A DNA stretch of 11,044 nucleotides from an uncultured archaeon. Its GTDB lineage: Archaea > Asgardarchaeota > Thorarchaeia > Thorarchaeales > Thorarchaeaceae. Both the position numbers and the translations under genes were made by a program. Below the pieces are notes generated by a model. The model saw only the letters and a list, made by a program, of their open reading frames with translations, was not told the origin of the DNA and ran no database searches. The first letter of the stretch is position 1; every line of letters starts with the position of its first letter. Below, in pieces: positions 1-9,106 of this stretch. The DNA is taken from the NCBI GenBank assembly GCA_964610875.1, contig CAZSWP010000070.1, forward strand, positions 1 to 11,044, written 5' to 3'.

Positions 1-24
1 TTTGAATATGCACTCGAAATTTAT

Positions 25-728
25 CTTTCAACCCTACTTGTAGTCCGATTGGAACAATGTAGGAGTTGGATTTGCATTGTCAATCTGCAAGCTTTCAACC
101 CTACTTGTAGTCCGATTGGAACTTGACAGGCAGACTGTTTTTCAACTGTCCACGTATTCCTTTCAACCCTACTTGTAGTCCGATTGGAACTTTGTTGAGT
201 TTGTCGTTACTGATAGCACCAGTAATCTTTCAACCCTACTTGTAGTCCGATTGGAACCTCGGCGTTACGGCGTGATTCATCACCGCCGAAGAGCTTTCAA
301 CCCTACTTGTAGTCCGATTGGAACTGTCCTATCCCTGCTACACTCTGTCTGTGATGATAGACTTTCAACCCTACTTGTAGTCCGATTGGAACCTATAACC
401 GAGTCGAACTTCGTCTTCGCGCAGAAACCTTTCAACCCTACTTGTAGTCCGATTGGAACAGCGGAATGTTGATATTCTTGGCACTTCGCAAATGCCTTTC
501 AACCCTACTTGTAGTCCGATTGGAACATTAGGATGGTGAAGATTTCATCATCCAATTTTTTACTTTCAACCCTACTTGTAGTCCGATTGGAACCCGCGTA
601 CGAGCGCTGCCACGAGTTTCTTCGCCTTAACTTTCAACCCTACTTGTAGTCCGATTGGAACTTTGAGCACGTGCTGATTCGTTCAGACGTACAATAACTT
701 TCAACCCTACTTGTAGTCCGATTGGAAC
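25..728 (-). CRISPR. CRISPR array 1: 11 identical 31-bp repeats, 10 complete spacers of 36-37 bp; probably continues beyond the left edge
   Basis: CTTTCAACCCTACTTGTAGTCCGATTGGAAC starts at 25, 92, 160, 227, 294, 362, 429, 496, 563, 631 and 698. The reverse complement GTTCCAATCGGACTACAAGTAGGGTTGAAAG ends in the canonical -TTGAAAG 3' end, which implies minus-strand transcription with the leader beyond 728. Bases 1-24 are probably a partial spacer. Confidence 0.99.
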
Positions 729-870
729 TGGGCCTATTTTCATGCGTTTTTGTCAAAATAAGCCTTATGGGCCCCGCTACAAACAGCGGTTCTGGAAAAC
801 CTCCGGTTCTGCAAGAATGTCAGTTAGTGCTAATTCCATGCATTATTATGCAACTATATTGTATGAAGAA
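729..870 (-). promoter_or_regulatory. Putative CRISPR leader of array 1 (distal boundary approximate)
   Basis: Non-coding region abutting the undegenerated terminal repeat on the side predicted by repeat orientation. It contains a direct repeat CGGTTCTG at 787-794 and 804-811. Confidence 0.7.
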
Positions 871-1121
871 AAAGAACTTGATGATACATCATTGGGAAAC
901 CAAATCAGAGTTAGGAGAATGTATGTGTTTGAGTGAATTTCCCAATTCTGATACTGATATATGATATAAGGTAAGACAAGAAGTGCACCTTGACAAGCAA
1001 CCAACAGTTGCATCAGAATGTCGAAAAACGTAGCTAGAACATGAACTGCTGTTATATTTTAAATGCATTTCAAATGTGTAATCCGGGAGAGAATAATTAC
1101 GAGTAATCGAAAATTCGATAG

Positions 1122-1129
1122 TTTATATA
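1122..1129 (+). promoter_or_regulatory. Archaeal-type TATA box of the cas operon promoter
   Basis: TTTATATA about 55 bp upstream of the cas6 ATG (1183), followed by the SD-like AGGAGGAG at 1167-1174. Confidence 0.55.
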
Positions 1130-1182
1130 TCCAAACTGACCTAAAGTATATTAGAAGTATGACGTCAGGAGGAGATAGACTG

Positions 1183-1920
1183 ATGCGATTTCGAATTGAT
1201 CTTGCACCCTACAAGGAGAACGGAAGATCTCCACTCTTGGAGTATAATTATCAGCACCAAGTAGCGTCTATGTTTTATCATTTCTTTGATAACATCGAGC
1301 ACGAGGTCGGAGAAATTCATCACAAGAAGGGATACAAGTTCTATACCTTCTCAAGACTTGAAATACCAAGCAGAAAGGTGGTAAATGATGGTCTACTCAT
1401 GCTTTCTAATGATGCATATCTATGGTTCAGTTGCGTCGATGACAATGTAGCACTTCATCTTGCCAGAGAGATTGTGCAATCTAAGACGCTGATGATTGGA
1501 AATATATCATTTGCAGTTCTTGGGGTCCAGCTTGTTGAATCATTTCAGCCAACAAATGATGTCGTCTTCTCGACAATGTCTCCAATTCTATTGAGAACTA
1601 CAAGAGAAGAAAATGGAAGGACTCGATCATGGGACCTTGAACCTGGTGAACCTGAGTTTATTACAAGACTCTCAGACAATCTACATAGAAAATACGAGTT
1701 CTATTATGGTAAGAGGATTGATGGTAATCTTGCAGTTAAGGATGTTAAGCATGTCCGTTCAAACCGCATTCGAATAAAGGACACGTTTCATCGAGCAAAT
1801 CTAATGCATATCCATCTAGAGGGGGAACCAGAGTTACTCCAGTTCGCTTATGATTGCGGGTTGGGTGAGAAAAATTCGATGGGGTTTGGAATGGTACGTG
1901 TTGAACAGATTGGTGGGTGA
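1183..1920 (+). CDS. cas6: CRISPR-associated endoribonuclease Cas6
   Basis: C-terminal Gly-rich loop GLGEKNSMGFG; YKFYTFSRL and TMSPILL motifs. Start moved from 1063 to ATG 1183 (MRFRIDL) because of the upstream AGGAGGAG. Confidence 0.96.
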   Translation: MRFRIDLAPYKENGRSPLLEYNYQHQVASMFYHFFDNIEHEVGEIHHKKGYKFYTFSRLEIPSRKVVNDGLLMLSNDAYLWFSCVDDNVALHLAREIVQSKTLMIGNISFAVLGVQLVESFQPTNDVVFSTMSPILLRTTREENGRTRSWDLEPGEPEFITRLSDNLHRKYEFYYGKRIDGNLAVKDVKHVRSNRIRIKDTFHRANLMHIHLEGEPELLQFAYDCGLGEKNSMGFGMVRVEQIGG

Positions 1921-1926
1921 GGATCA

Positions 1927-3276
1927 ATGACACAAACTGACATTTCTATCACTCCTAATGAAAACAACCTTTTTGTGAGAACAGGTAATCCATTTGTTGA
2001 TGCAGGAATCGCAGCCCTCTGTGCTCTTTCTGATTGTTCAAAACCAGAAGAAATCACCTATGCAGACCTTGAAAAACAATTTACGTTCTTAATGAAAACC
2101 TTGACTAGGAAAGCGTGGAAAAAACCTATTCATGGTATTTTCTTTCCAAATGTTGATCTAGTCAACCCCTCGGTAAAAAATGGACCTGAACGATACAGAT
2201 CAAGAATGAACGATATACTTCATAGAGTATCAAGTAACAAAGGACAAGGCAACTGCGTAGCTTGTGGACGGAGAGATGGTGAACTCCTAGATAAGACGGG
2301 AGTTCCTTTGTTAGGTTCTCAGAAGTTCGTGAACTGGTTTCCATCCGGAAGCGTTGGAGAAGCATTTTGTCCTAACTGTACCATCGCAGTCCAGTTCATG
2401 CTCATTGGAGTTGAAAAAGTAGGTTGGCCTATGTTACTCCATTGTTCTGATTGGACTATACAGATGGCGTTTGCGAGAAGAATCAATGATAGACTAATGA
2501 TGATGGATGCAAAAAAGGAAGCCGGATTAGTTGATAGCGAATTCTCCAAACTTGCAGGTATCAATGCAATATACGATGCAATCATCAAAATCGTGACTGA
2601 CGAGTACCTGACTGAGGATATAGAAACTGGTACGAGTCTGAGATTCTATCATTTTACGAACTTTGGACAGAATCCGGAAATTGATTTCTATGATATTCCT
2701 AGTAGTGTCTTTCACTTCATGGTAGAGCTCTGCAGAAGTGATAGTCTGAGGGACTGGTATAAGATTGCGGCAAAGGGCATTGACTGGAAGGGCAAGAAGA
2801 AGAAACAGGATGTCCAAAAAAGGAAAACAAACAGACTCTATGAGAACCTAACAAAAGGGAGATCAATCTTGAGGTATTTCTTTGATAATGGGGGAGTACT
2901 TGGCGATTGGAAACTTGTTACATTATATCTAAGAATGGTGAGAGAAATGAGTGATAACCGAATTCAAGCAATAAAAGAAGTTGCAGATAGATTACTTGAG
3001 TATTGTCAATCTGTTGGAGATGCTAAATCAATCCAACGACTGCAATACGCTAGTAGCTATCGAGATTTTCGTTCCGCTCTTTTGAGAGTTCAGCAAGGGA
3101 TAGTCAAGAAGACTGGAAACCCACTACTTACTTTCGATGAGTATACCTTGGACCTTGCTCCAGAGGGAGGTGCAACTTGGAACGAGACACGAGACCTGCT
3201 ACTCTTTAGGATCCTGGAAAAGGGAGCCTCATGGATAGCAGGAATAAAAGAAGAACCGGAGGAAGAAGATGTATGA
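1927..3276 (+). CDS. cas8b: Type I-B large subunit Cas8b (Cst1/Cas8a1-like, CXXC-CXXC family)
   Basis: N-terminal TGNPFVDAG motif; CVAC...CPNC zinc-binding pair; HFTNFGQ motif; position between cas6 and cas7; GGTGA SD upstream. Confidence 0.9.
   Translation: MTQTDISITPNENNLFVRTGNPFVDAGIAALCALSDCSKPEEITYADLEKQFTFLMKTLTRKAWKKPIHGIFFPNVDLVNPSVKNGPERYRSRMNDILHRVSSNKGQGNCVACGRRDGELLDKTGVPLLGSQKFVNWFPSGSVGEAFCPNCTIAVQFMLIGVEKVGWPMLLHCSDWTIQMAFARRINDRLMMMDAKKEAGLVDSEFSKLAGINAIYDAIIKIVTDEYLTEDIETGTSLRFYHFTNFGQNPEIDFYDIPSSVFHFMVELCRSDSLRDWYKIAAKGIDWKGKKKKQDVQKRKTNRLYENLTKGRSILRYFFDNGGVLGDWKLVTLYLRMVREMSDNRIQAIKEVADRLLEYCQSVGDAKSIQRLQYASSYRDFRSALLRVQQGIVKKTGNPLLTFDEYTLDLAPEGGATWNETRDLLLFRILEKGASWIAGIKEEPEEEDV
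2947..3276 (+). CDS. cas11: Putative internally translated small subunit Cas11 (109 aa), in frame within cas8
   Basis: In-frame ATG at 2947, preceded by GGTGA (2937-2941) at 5-nt spacing. The product MSDNRIQAIKEVADRLLEY... looks all-helical. Confidence 0.55.
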   Translation: MSDNRIQAIKEVADRLLEYCQSVGDAKSIQRLQYASSYRDFRSALLRVQQGIVKKTGNPLLTFDEYTLDLAPEGGATWNETRDLLLFRILEKGASWIAGIKEEPEEEDV

Positions 3277-4289
3277 CAACTGTAATTCATGGTTTTGTTT
3301 TAATTGATGCTTGGGCCTCAGCATTAAACAATGCTGGTGCACAGCGATCAGAAAGAACTGATAATATTGTCAGAACCAAGGTGTTCTGGAGAGGAAAACA
3401 AGCTTACCCGTATGTGTCGGGTCAAGCTTGGAGGTTTTGGTGGAGGAGCACTCTTGAAGAGAAATCCGGCTGGGACCTTTCACCAATCAACCGAGAGAAA
3501 AAGATTGCATATACAGAAGCAGATCCACTCACTTATCCAGATGATGACATTTTCGGATACATGCGAGCTCCTAAGAAAGTAAAAGATGCAGCTGGTAAGA
3601 AAATGAAGAGTGAAACTCTTACAAGACTTTCTGCATTAAAGAACTCAGCTCTAGTATCAGTGAGCCCTCATAGACCAACGGAAGACTTTGGAACATTCTC
3701 TCGTTTTGAGGGTGATCCTGTACCATATGAACACGAGTTCTATTCTACTGTCATGAAGGGCATTTTTTCACTGGATATGGAGAGTGTAGGTGTGTTTAAG
3801 ACCCAAGCAACTGCAGGCAGTCAACATCTTCCCTCGAACTTTGCAATTCCAGAAGAACACAGCTCAAATTGTGAAAAAGATGAGGATTATATTGTATTGA
3901 AAAAGGATTTGCGAGTTAAAAGAGCCAGAGAAACTCTACAAGCAATTTATCATCTCTCAGGAGGTGCGATGCAAGCACGACATCTTACAAGAGTAGCTCC
4001 AAGCCTAGTCGTAGTAGGAGGTTTTTCAACTGGGACACATATGTTCAATCACCTAGTAGGTGAGAAGGATGGAGAACCAGAATTCAAATTCTCATCAATT
4101 GAGCAAATTCTTAGTGATTACGAAGAGGATAGACTCACACCCATCTATATCGGTCGTGAGGAGGGATTCATGGATAGTCTGAGTGACGATTTGAAGAAAT
4201 TACATGAAGCATATAAAGACAGAATAGTCATCGGCTCAGTCAGACAAGTCATCGATGCTCTCAGTGATAACCTAGATGCACTAGTATAG
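3273..4289 (+). CDS. cas7: Type I-B backbone subunit Cas7 (Cst2/DevR family)
   Basis: ALNNAG, YPYVSGQAWRFWWR, DDDIFGYMRA and PYEHEFY motifs. The start ATG 3273 overlaps the cas8 stop (ATGA). Confidence 0.95.
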   Translation: MTTVIHGFVLIDAWASALNNAGAQRSERTDNIVRTKVFWRGKQAYPYVSGQAWRFWWRSTLEEKSGWDLSPINREKKIAYTEADPLTYPDDDIFGYMRAPKKVKDAAGKKMKSETLTRLSALKNSALVSVSPHRPTEDFGTFSRFEGDPVPYEHEFYSTVMKGIFSLDMESVGVFKTQATAGSQHLPSNFAIPEEHSSNCEKDEDYIVLKKDLRVKRARETLQAIYHLSGGAMQARHLTRVAPSLVVVGGFSTGTHMFNHLVGEKDGEPEFKFSSIEQILSDYEEDRLTPIYIGREEGFMDSLSDDLKKLHEAYKDRIVIGSVRQVIDALSDNLDALV

Positions 4290-4295
4290 GAGAGG

Positions 4296-4952
4296 ATGGT
4301 TAAGATGCAGGCCATTCATGCTCACATAAGTAGCTGGACTGCTTCCTTTCGATATAGTGGATTTATGATTGGCATCCAACCCACATTACCAATACCTCCA
4401 CTTTCTACCGTCTACGGTCTGCTCTCAGCTGCAGCTGGACGTGTAATCACTCCCGAGGATACATTTCTTGCATACAAATTCACTAGTCAAGGGAACACTA
4501 TTGACTTAGAACGCATCGTAGAAGTTCAACCTGGTGCAGAGAGTAAAAGGAATGTTATCCGACGGGAAATATTGCTTGACTGCCACTTGGACCTGTATGT
4601 ACACCCAGACCTCTTTGAGTCACTCAAGAAACCATTCTATCCTATTCTCCTAGGAAGATCATCAGACCTTGCCAGCATAGATACAATAGATGAAGTTGAA
4701 CTTGAAAGCGTTACCAATTACGAAGGGTATTTTGGAGAGAGTATCTACACTAACCCTCCACAAGGATTTATTGAATCAACACTATACGCACTTCCAATAC
4801 ATTTCACTGATACCATCCCTCGACGAGCGATAGGAACTCGTCCGTTTGTAATGATACCTCATAGATATCATGCAAAGGGAAACGGAGTCCATGTGAGTGC
4901 AGATGAGACAGTTATGGAGCTCTTTTCAAATCAGACTCTCGGGTTGGGGTGA
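4296..4952 (+). CDS. cas5: Type I-B Cas5 (Cas5t)
   Basis: WTASFR...TLPIPPLSTVYGLLSAAAG N-terminal RAMP motif and LLGRSSDLA. Alternative start at 4305. Confidence 0.94.
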   Translation: MVKMQAIHAHISSWTASFRYSGFMIGIQPTLPIPPLSTVYGLLSAAAGRVITPEDTFLAYKFTSQGNTIDLERIVEVQPGAESKRNVIRREILLDCHLDLYVHPDLFESLKKPFYPILLGRSSDLASIDTIDEVELESVTNYEGYFGESIYTNPPQGFIESTLYALPIHFTDTIPRRAIGTRPFVMIPHRYHAKGNGVHVSADETVMELFSNQTLGLG

Positions 4953-4955
4953 TTC

Positions 4956-7217
4956 ATGGTTCTACTGGCGAAACCAAATGAATCACTACTAGATCACATT
5001 TTAGCAACATTAAGCGTTCTTGAAAGCTATTCCAGCTTGCGAGAAGTTCACAGACACTTACTAGAGGAAGATATCCATGAAGTAGTTGCACTCGCGCTCA
5101 TGATTCACGATGCAGGAAAAGCAGCCAGTGGGTTTCAAGAAGTACTCACGGAGAGACAAAGACGATGGGGATACCGACATGAAATACTATCAGCAGCTTT
5201 AGTTGATCTCCTAGATTTTGGCGACTCATTCATTGACCCACTTGATGTCGCATTGGGTGTGCTGACACATCATAAGGACATCGCAACATTGGATCTAAAA
5301 TATGGCACTTATCCTGTAGGAAGCACAGGTCATAAACGGTATCTGGAACGCACTGAGGAGATTAAGGATAACCTACCAGAGCTTGGACAGATCCTCAGAG
5401 AAATAGCTGAAACTATTAAGACCACTTTCCCCACAGCATCAAAAATACTTTCTACACTTCCTAGTGATACCTCTTATATTTTTGATTGTGTTCAACAAAA
5501 GGACCCACTCACACAGTACTTGCAAGAATATAGAAAAATGGTTCGAAAGCAAATGCTTACAGCTCGTGATATCAAAAAAGGCATGTTGATGAAAGGTTTA
5601 ATCACAGCATGTGACCATCTGGCATCAGCAGGTCATAACAGAATTAGGCATATCGATAGCAAAACAAATGTATGCCAGTATCAGTTCAATCCCTTTCAAG
5701 AGTGGTCCTCACAAACAAATGGATCGGCCATCCTAGTTGCACCAACAGGAACTGGAAAGACTGAAGCATCTCTTCTCTGGATGATGAAGAACAAGATGGC
5801 ATCAGAACGACTCTTCTACTTACTTCCAACAGTAGCAAGTATAAACATGATGTACACAAGATTACGAGATATTTTCTCTTTTGGGGATGCTAAAAAATAT
5901 GATCTTGTGTCAATGCTACATCACAAGTCCACATACTATCTCTACAAGTACTACTCTGATGAGGAATACTTGAAATCAAAAATCAAATATCAAGACTTGG
6001 CAGCTGTTGCAAGAATGATCTATTCACCTGTAAAGGTGACAACACCGTTTCAACCAATGAAGACAATTTTTGGAATCAAAGGATATGAGCGAGGTGTGGT
6101 TGAAGCTGTGGGAGGCCTCTTTGTAGTAGATGAGATCCATGCTTATGATCCTCATGTGACCGGTTTGATTGCGAGTATGTTATCAATAATGAAGACATAT
6201 GGCGCACAGGTCTTTCTGATGTCCGCCACATTTCCAAGATTCTTGCTTGATATATTCTCAAAAGATTTAGGGATTTTTTCTGACAGAATACGAATCGACA
6301 GAACTTATGATGACGAAACACGTCACTTAGTGACTGTACAATCTAATGATATCACATCAAATTTGGATTCTATAATTGATGTTGCAAAGAATGGAAGAAC
6401 TCTGATTGTATGCAATACTGTACGTAGGGCAATTGCGATATATCATACCCTTTGTGACCACCTTGACGATAAGAATGCTGTAATGCTACACAGTCGCTTT
6501 GCACTTCGTGATAGAGAAAAGAGAGAAATGGAGATTAGAGAAGCGGACATTGCAGTAGCTACCCAAGCCATTGAGGTATCATTAAACTTAGATTTTGACA
6601 GGCTATTCACCGAGCCTGCTCCCATTGATGCTTTACTTCAAAGATTTGGACGGGTGAATCGTAGAGGAAGACTATCTGATCCTGCGTCTGTAGTCGTCTT
6701 TGAGAGAGGAGGTGAATATGATCATCTCATATACAAAAACTATGAACGAGTGCATCGAACTGTAAATTCTCTCAGACGATATGGTGCAGAAGAAGGACTT
6801 CCACTAAGTAATGGTCTTGCTCGAGATTTGGTTGAGGATGTTTACTCAGAGGGTTTCACTGAGAAGGAGAGAGAGGAATATGAGCAAGCTAGATATGCAA
6901 TTGATCGTTTTTGGAAACGCCAACTTCCATATCATGAGGGGCATAAAGATGAGTTTTATTCTCTGTTCGAGTCAGTTGAGATAATTCCCAAGCATTATGA
7001 ACACCAAGTGGAAATACTCAAGGACATTCAAAGGATAGAAAGACGTAGCTATTTTGTTTCAGTACCAATTTGGACATATGCTAAATTAGAAGAGAAGAAC
7101 CTTATCAGGCGGCGGGATGATTATCTCATAGCGGAGGTGCCTTATGATGAAGAGTTAGGACTTCGCATTGATCTTCTACATAAACTCGAGGGGGGAGGAG
7201 ATGCTTTTGTCTTTTAA
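4956..7217 (+). CDS. cas3: Cas3 HD nuclease-SF2 helicase fusion
   Basis: HD domain residues (DH, HDAGK, RHE, HH, CDHLAS); helicase motifs [19 protein letters not shown] and [10 protein letters not shown]. Confidence 0.98.
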   Translation: MVLLAKPNESLLDHILATLSVLESYSSLREVHRHLLEEDIHEVVALALMIHDAGKAASGFQEVLTERQRRWGYRHEILSAALVDLLDFGDSFIDPLDVALGVLTHHKDIATLDLKYGTYPVGSTGHKRYLERTEEIKDNLPELGQILREIAETIKTTFPTASKILSTLPSDTSYIFDCVQQKDPLTQYLQEYRKMVRKQMLTARDIKKGMLMKGLITACDHLASAGHNRIRHIDSKTNVCQYQFNPFQEWSSQTNGSAILVAPTGTGKTEASLLWMMKNKMASERLFYLLPTVASINMMYTRLRDIFSFGDAKKYDLVSMLHHKSTYYLYKYYSDEEYLKSKIKYQDLAAVARMIYSPVKVTTPFQPMKTIFGIKGYERGVVEAVGGLFVVDEIHAYDPHVTGLIASMLSIMKTYGAQVFLMSATFPRFLLDIFSKDLGIFSDRIRIDRTYDDETRHLVTVQSNDITSNLDSIIDVAKNGRTLIVCNTVRRAIAIYHTLCDHLDDKNAVMLHSRFALRDREKREMEIREADIAVATQAIEVSLNLDFDRLFTEPAPIDALLQRFGRVNRRGRLSDPASVVVFERGGEYDHLIYKNYERVHRTVNSLRRYGAEEGLPLSNGLARDLVEDVYSEGFTEKEREEYEQARYAIDRFWKRQLPYHEGHKDEFYSLFESVEIIPKHYEHQVEILKDIQRIERRSYFVSVPIWTYAKLEEKNLIRRRDDYLIAEVPYDEELGLRIDLLHKLEGGGDAFVF

Positions 7218-7749
7218 CACTTCATTCATTGCTGAACAACTATTATGGCATCAGGGAATCCGGGTGACAGGAACAATGGTCAACTATCTCCTTGTCTGTC
7301 AAAGAAAGCTCTGGTTGCACTCAAAGGGACTTGGCAGAGAACAGGACTCTGAGCTTGTCACCATAGGATCGATAATACATCAGGATTCATTTTCCAGAGA
7401 AAATAAAGAGGTTCTAGTCTTTGATCGCATAATGATTGACCACAGGTCCTTTGTGGATGGTATCGTTATTCATGAGGTGAAAAAGACAAGAAGTAAACCA
7501 GAAGCCGCACGTGCACAACTTCTCTTCTATCTGTACGAACTTCATAGACATGGAGTGAAGTGTAGTGGAGAACTCCATTTTCTGAGTTCAAGACGAAAAG
7601 AACAGATTGTATTTGATAATGAGATGGAAGAATATGTAGAAGGTCTCTTGGACAAGATAACAAAGGTACTCAAGATGGAAAGGTGTCCTGAAATTCCAGA
7701 AGGAGCACCATGCAGAAAATGTTCATATCGAGACTATTGCAGGATGTGA
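7201..7749 (+). CDS. cas4: Cas4 RecB-like nuclease with Fe-S cluster
   Basis: [13 protein letters not shown]...[13 protein letters not shown] and C-terminal [10 protein letters not shown]. Start probably ATG 7201 after a G-rich SD, overlapping the cas3 end; exact start uncertain. Confidence 0.95.
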   Translation: MLLSFNTSFIAEQLLWHQGIRVTGTMVNYLLVCQRKLWLHSKGLGREQDSELVTIGSIIHQDSFSRENKEVLVFDRIMIDHRSFVDGIVIHEVKKTRSKPEAARAQLLFYLYELHRHGVKCSGELHFLSSRRKEQIVFDNEMEEYVEGLLDKITKVLKMERCPEIPEGAPCRKCSYRDYCRM

Positions 7750-7753
7750 TAGT

Positions 7754-8746
7754 GTGAAACGCAATCTGTATCTCAATGTAAATGGTCGTCTGCATAGAAA
7801 AGAATCAACCATCTTCTATTATACAAAGGAAGGAAGAAAGATAGTACCTGTTGAACAAGTAAAAGCAATCTTTGCTGTAGGACATATCTCAGTGACTTCT
7901 GGAGTGGTTTCTTATTTCAGTAAGCTTGGGATACCGATTCATTTCTTTGGCCACTATGGGCATTATGAAGGTAGCTTCCTACCACGTAGACGACTCATCT
8001 CTGGGTATTCTATTGTCAACCAGTCCAGAGCTTACTTGAATAGAGAAGAACGAATAACAATAGCTACTGCTTTTGTGAAGGCATGTATCAATAATATGCA
8101 ATCTGTTCTAAAGGACTATTCAAAACGTGTACAGTCAGTATCTACTCACCTAAATGTGCTCAGTGAACTTGAAAGTGAAACAACACCAGTATCGCAAATA
8201 TCTGTTCTTATGTCAATTGAAGGGAGGGCATGGGCAGAATACTATGGTGCATTCAATGACATCATAAAAGACTTTGATATGGGAACGCGAGTCAAACGAC
8301 CTCCAAACAATCCCGTGAATGCATTGATTAGTTTTGGTAACTCATTATTGTACTCAACAACAATAACACAACTCTATCACACACAGTTGGATCCCTCTAT
8401 TAGTTATCTTCATGAACCAAGTGCACGAAGATTTTCTCTTTCTCTTGATATAGCAGAAGTATTCAAACCGGGTCTTGTAGATCTTCTTATCTTCAAGCTT
8501 CTTAATCTCGGAACTATCCAAGAAGCACATTTTGACCAAGAACTAAATCGTTGTCTACTAACTCAAGAGGGAAGGAGGATATTTGTTACTGAGTTTGATA
8601 GTGTACTTAGGTCAACAAATAAACATCCAAAGTTAAAGAGACAAGTTTCCAATGAATACTTGATTCGGCTTGATGCATACAAGTTACTAAAGACTGTCTG
8701 TGAACGGAAAGTCTTTCGTCCATATCTCATCACCAGAGGAATGTGA
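7754..8746 (+). CDS. cas1: Cas1 integrase (type I-B)
   Basis: GTG start; IPIHFFGHYGHYEGSF, EG, RPPNNPVNALISFGNSLLY, YLHEP and LSLDIAEVFKP motifs. Confidence 0.98.
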   Translation: MKRNLYLNVNGRLHRKESTIFYYTKEGRKIVPVEQVKAIFAVGHISVTSGVVSYFSKLGIPIHFFGHYGHYEGSFLPRRRLISGYSIVNQSRAYLNREERITIATAFVKACINNMQSVLKDYSKRVQSVSTHLNVLSELESETTPVSQISVLMSIEGRAWAEYYGAFNDIIKDFDMGTRVKRPPNNPVNALISFGNSLLYSTTITQLYHTQLDPSISYLHEPSARRFSLSLDIAEVFKPGLVDLLIFKLLNLGTIQEAHFDQELNRCLLTQEGRRIFVTEFDSVLRSTNKHPKLKRQVSNEYLIRLDAYKLLKTVCERKVFRPYLITRGM

Positions 8747-8750
8747 TGAT

Positions 8751-9014
8751 ATGTATGTTATCATTGTATATGACATTGAAGTTCCAAGAATAAACAAGAT
8801 AAGGAAAATATTGAGAAAGTATCTCTTCTGGGTTCAGAATTCAGTATTCGAAGGTGCATTATCTGATAGCTCATACAAAGCTATGATTTCAGAGGTCAAG
8901 AAGGAATTGAAAAAAGATTATGATTCCCTAGTCATCTATAAGTGTAAATCACAGAAGGCTTTAAAACGTTCAGTCATTGGGAGAGACTTTCTTGAATCCG
9001 ATTTTGTGATCTAG
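8751..9014 (+). CDS. cas2: Cas2
   Basis: MYVIIVYDI...WVQNSVFEG...DSLVIY; 87 aa; directly follows cas1. Start moved to ATG 8751. Confidence 0.97.
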   Translation: MYVIIVYDIEVPRINKIRKILRKYLFWVQNSVFEGALSDSSYKAMISEVKKELKKDYDSLVIYKCKSQKALKRSVIGRDFLESDFVI

Positions 9015-9106
9015 AATTCTATACAATATAGATGGGTCGAGATTGTAGCAAAGTGTTTTTGTGAAGATACCTATACTCAAGATAGATTCTGAGAGAGGTA
9101 TAATCT

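Noticed and set aside
251-472. 73-aa ORF
   Set aside because: Reads through CRISPR repeats (repeated FNPTCSPIGT); an artefact.
722-964. ORFs 722-964 and 742-936
   Set aside because: They overlap the repeat/leader, have no SD and contain no recognisable motifs.
1063-1182. 40-aa N-terminal extension of Cas6
   Set aside because: It contains the TATA box and SD; ATG 1183 gives the typical Cas6 N-terminus.
2897-2914. TACTTGGCGATTGGAAAC in cas8, resembling the repeat end
   Set aside because: It needs a gap, lies in coding sequence, and has no partner repeat; probably chance.
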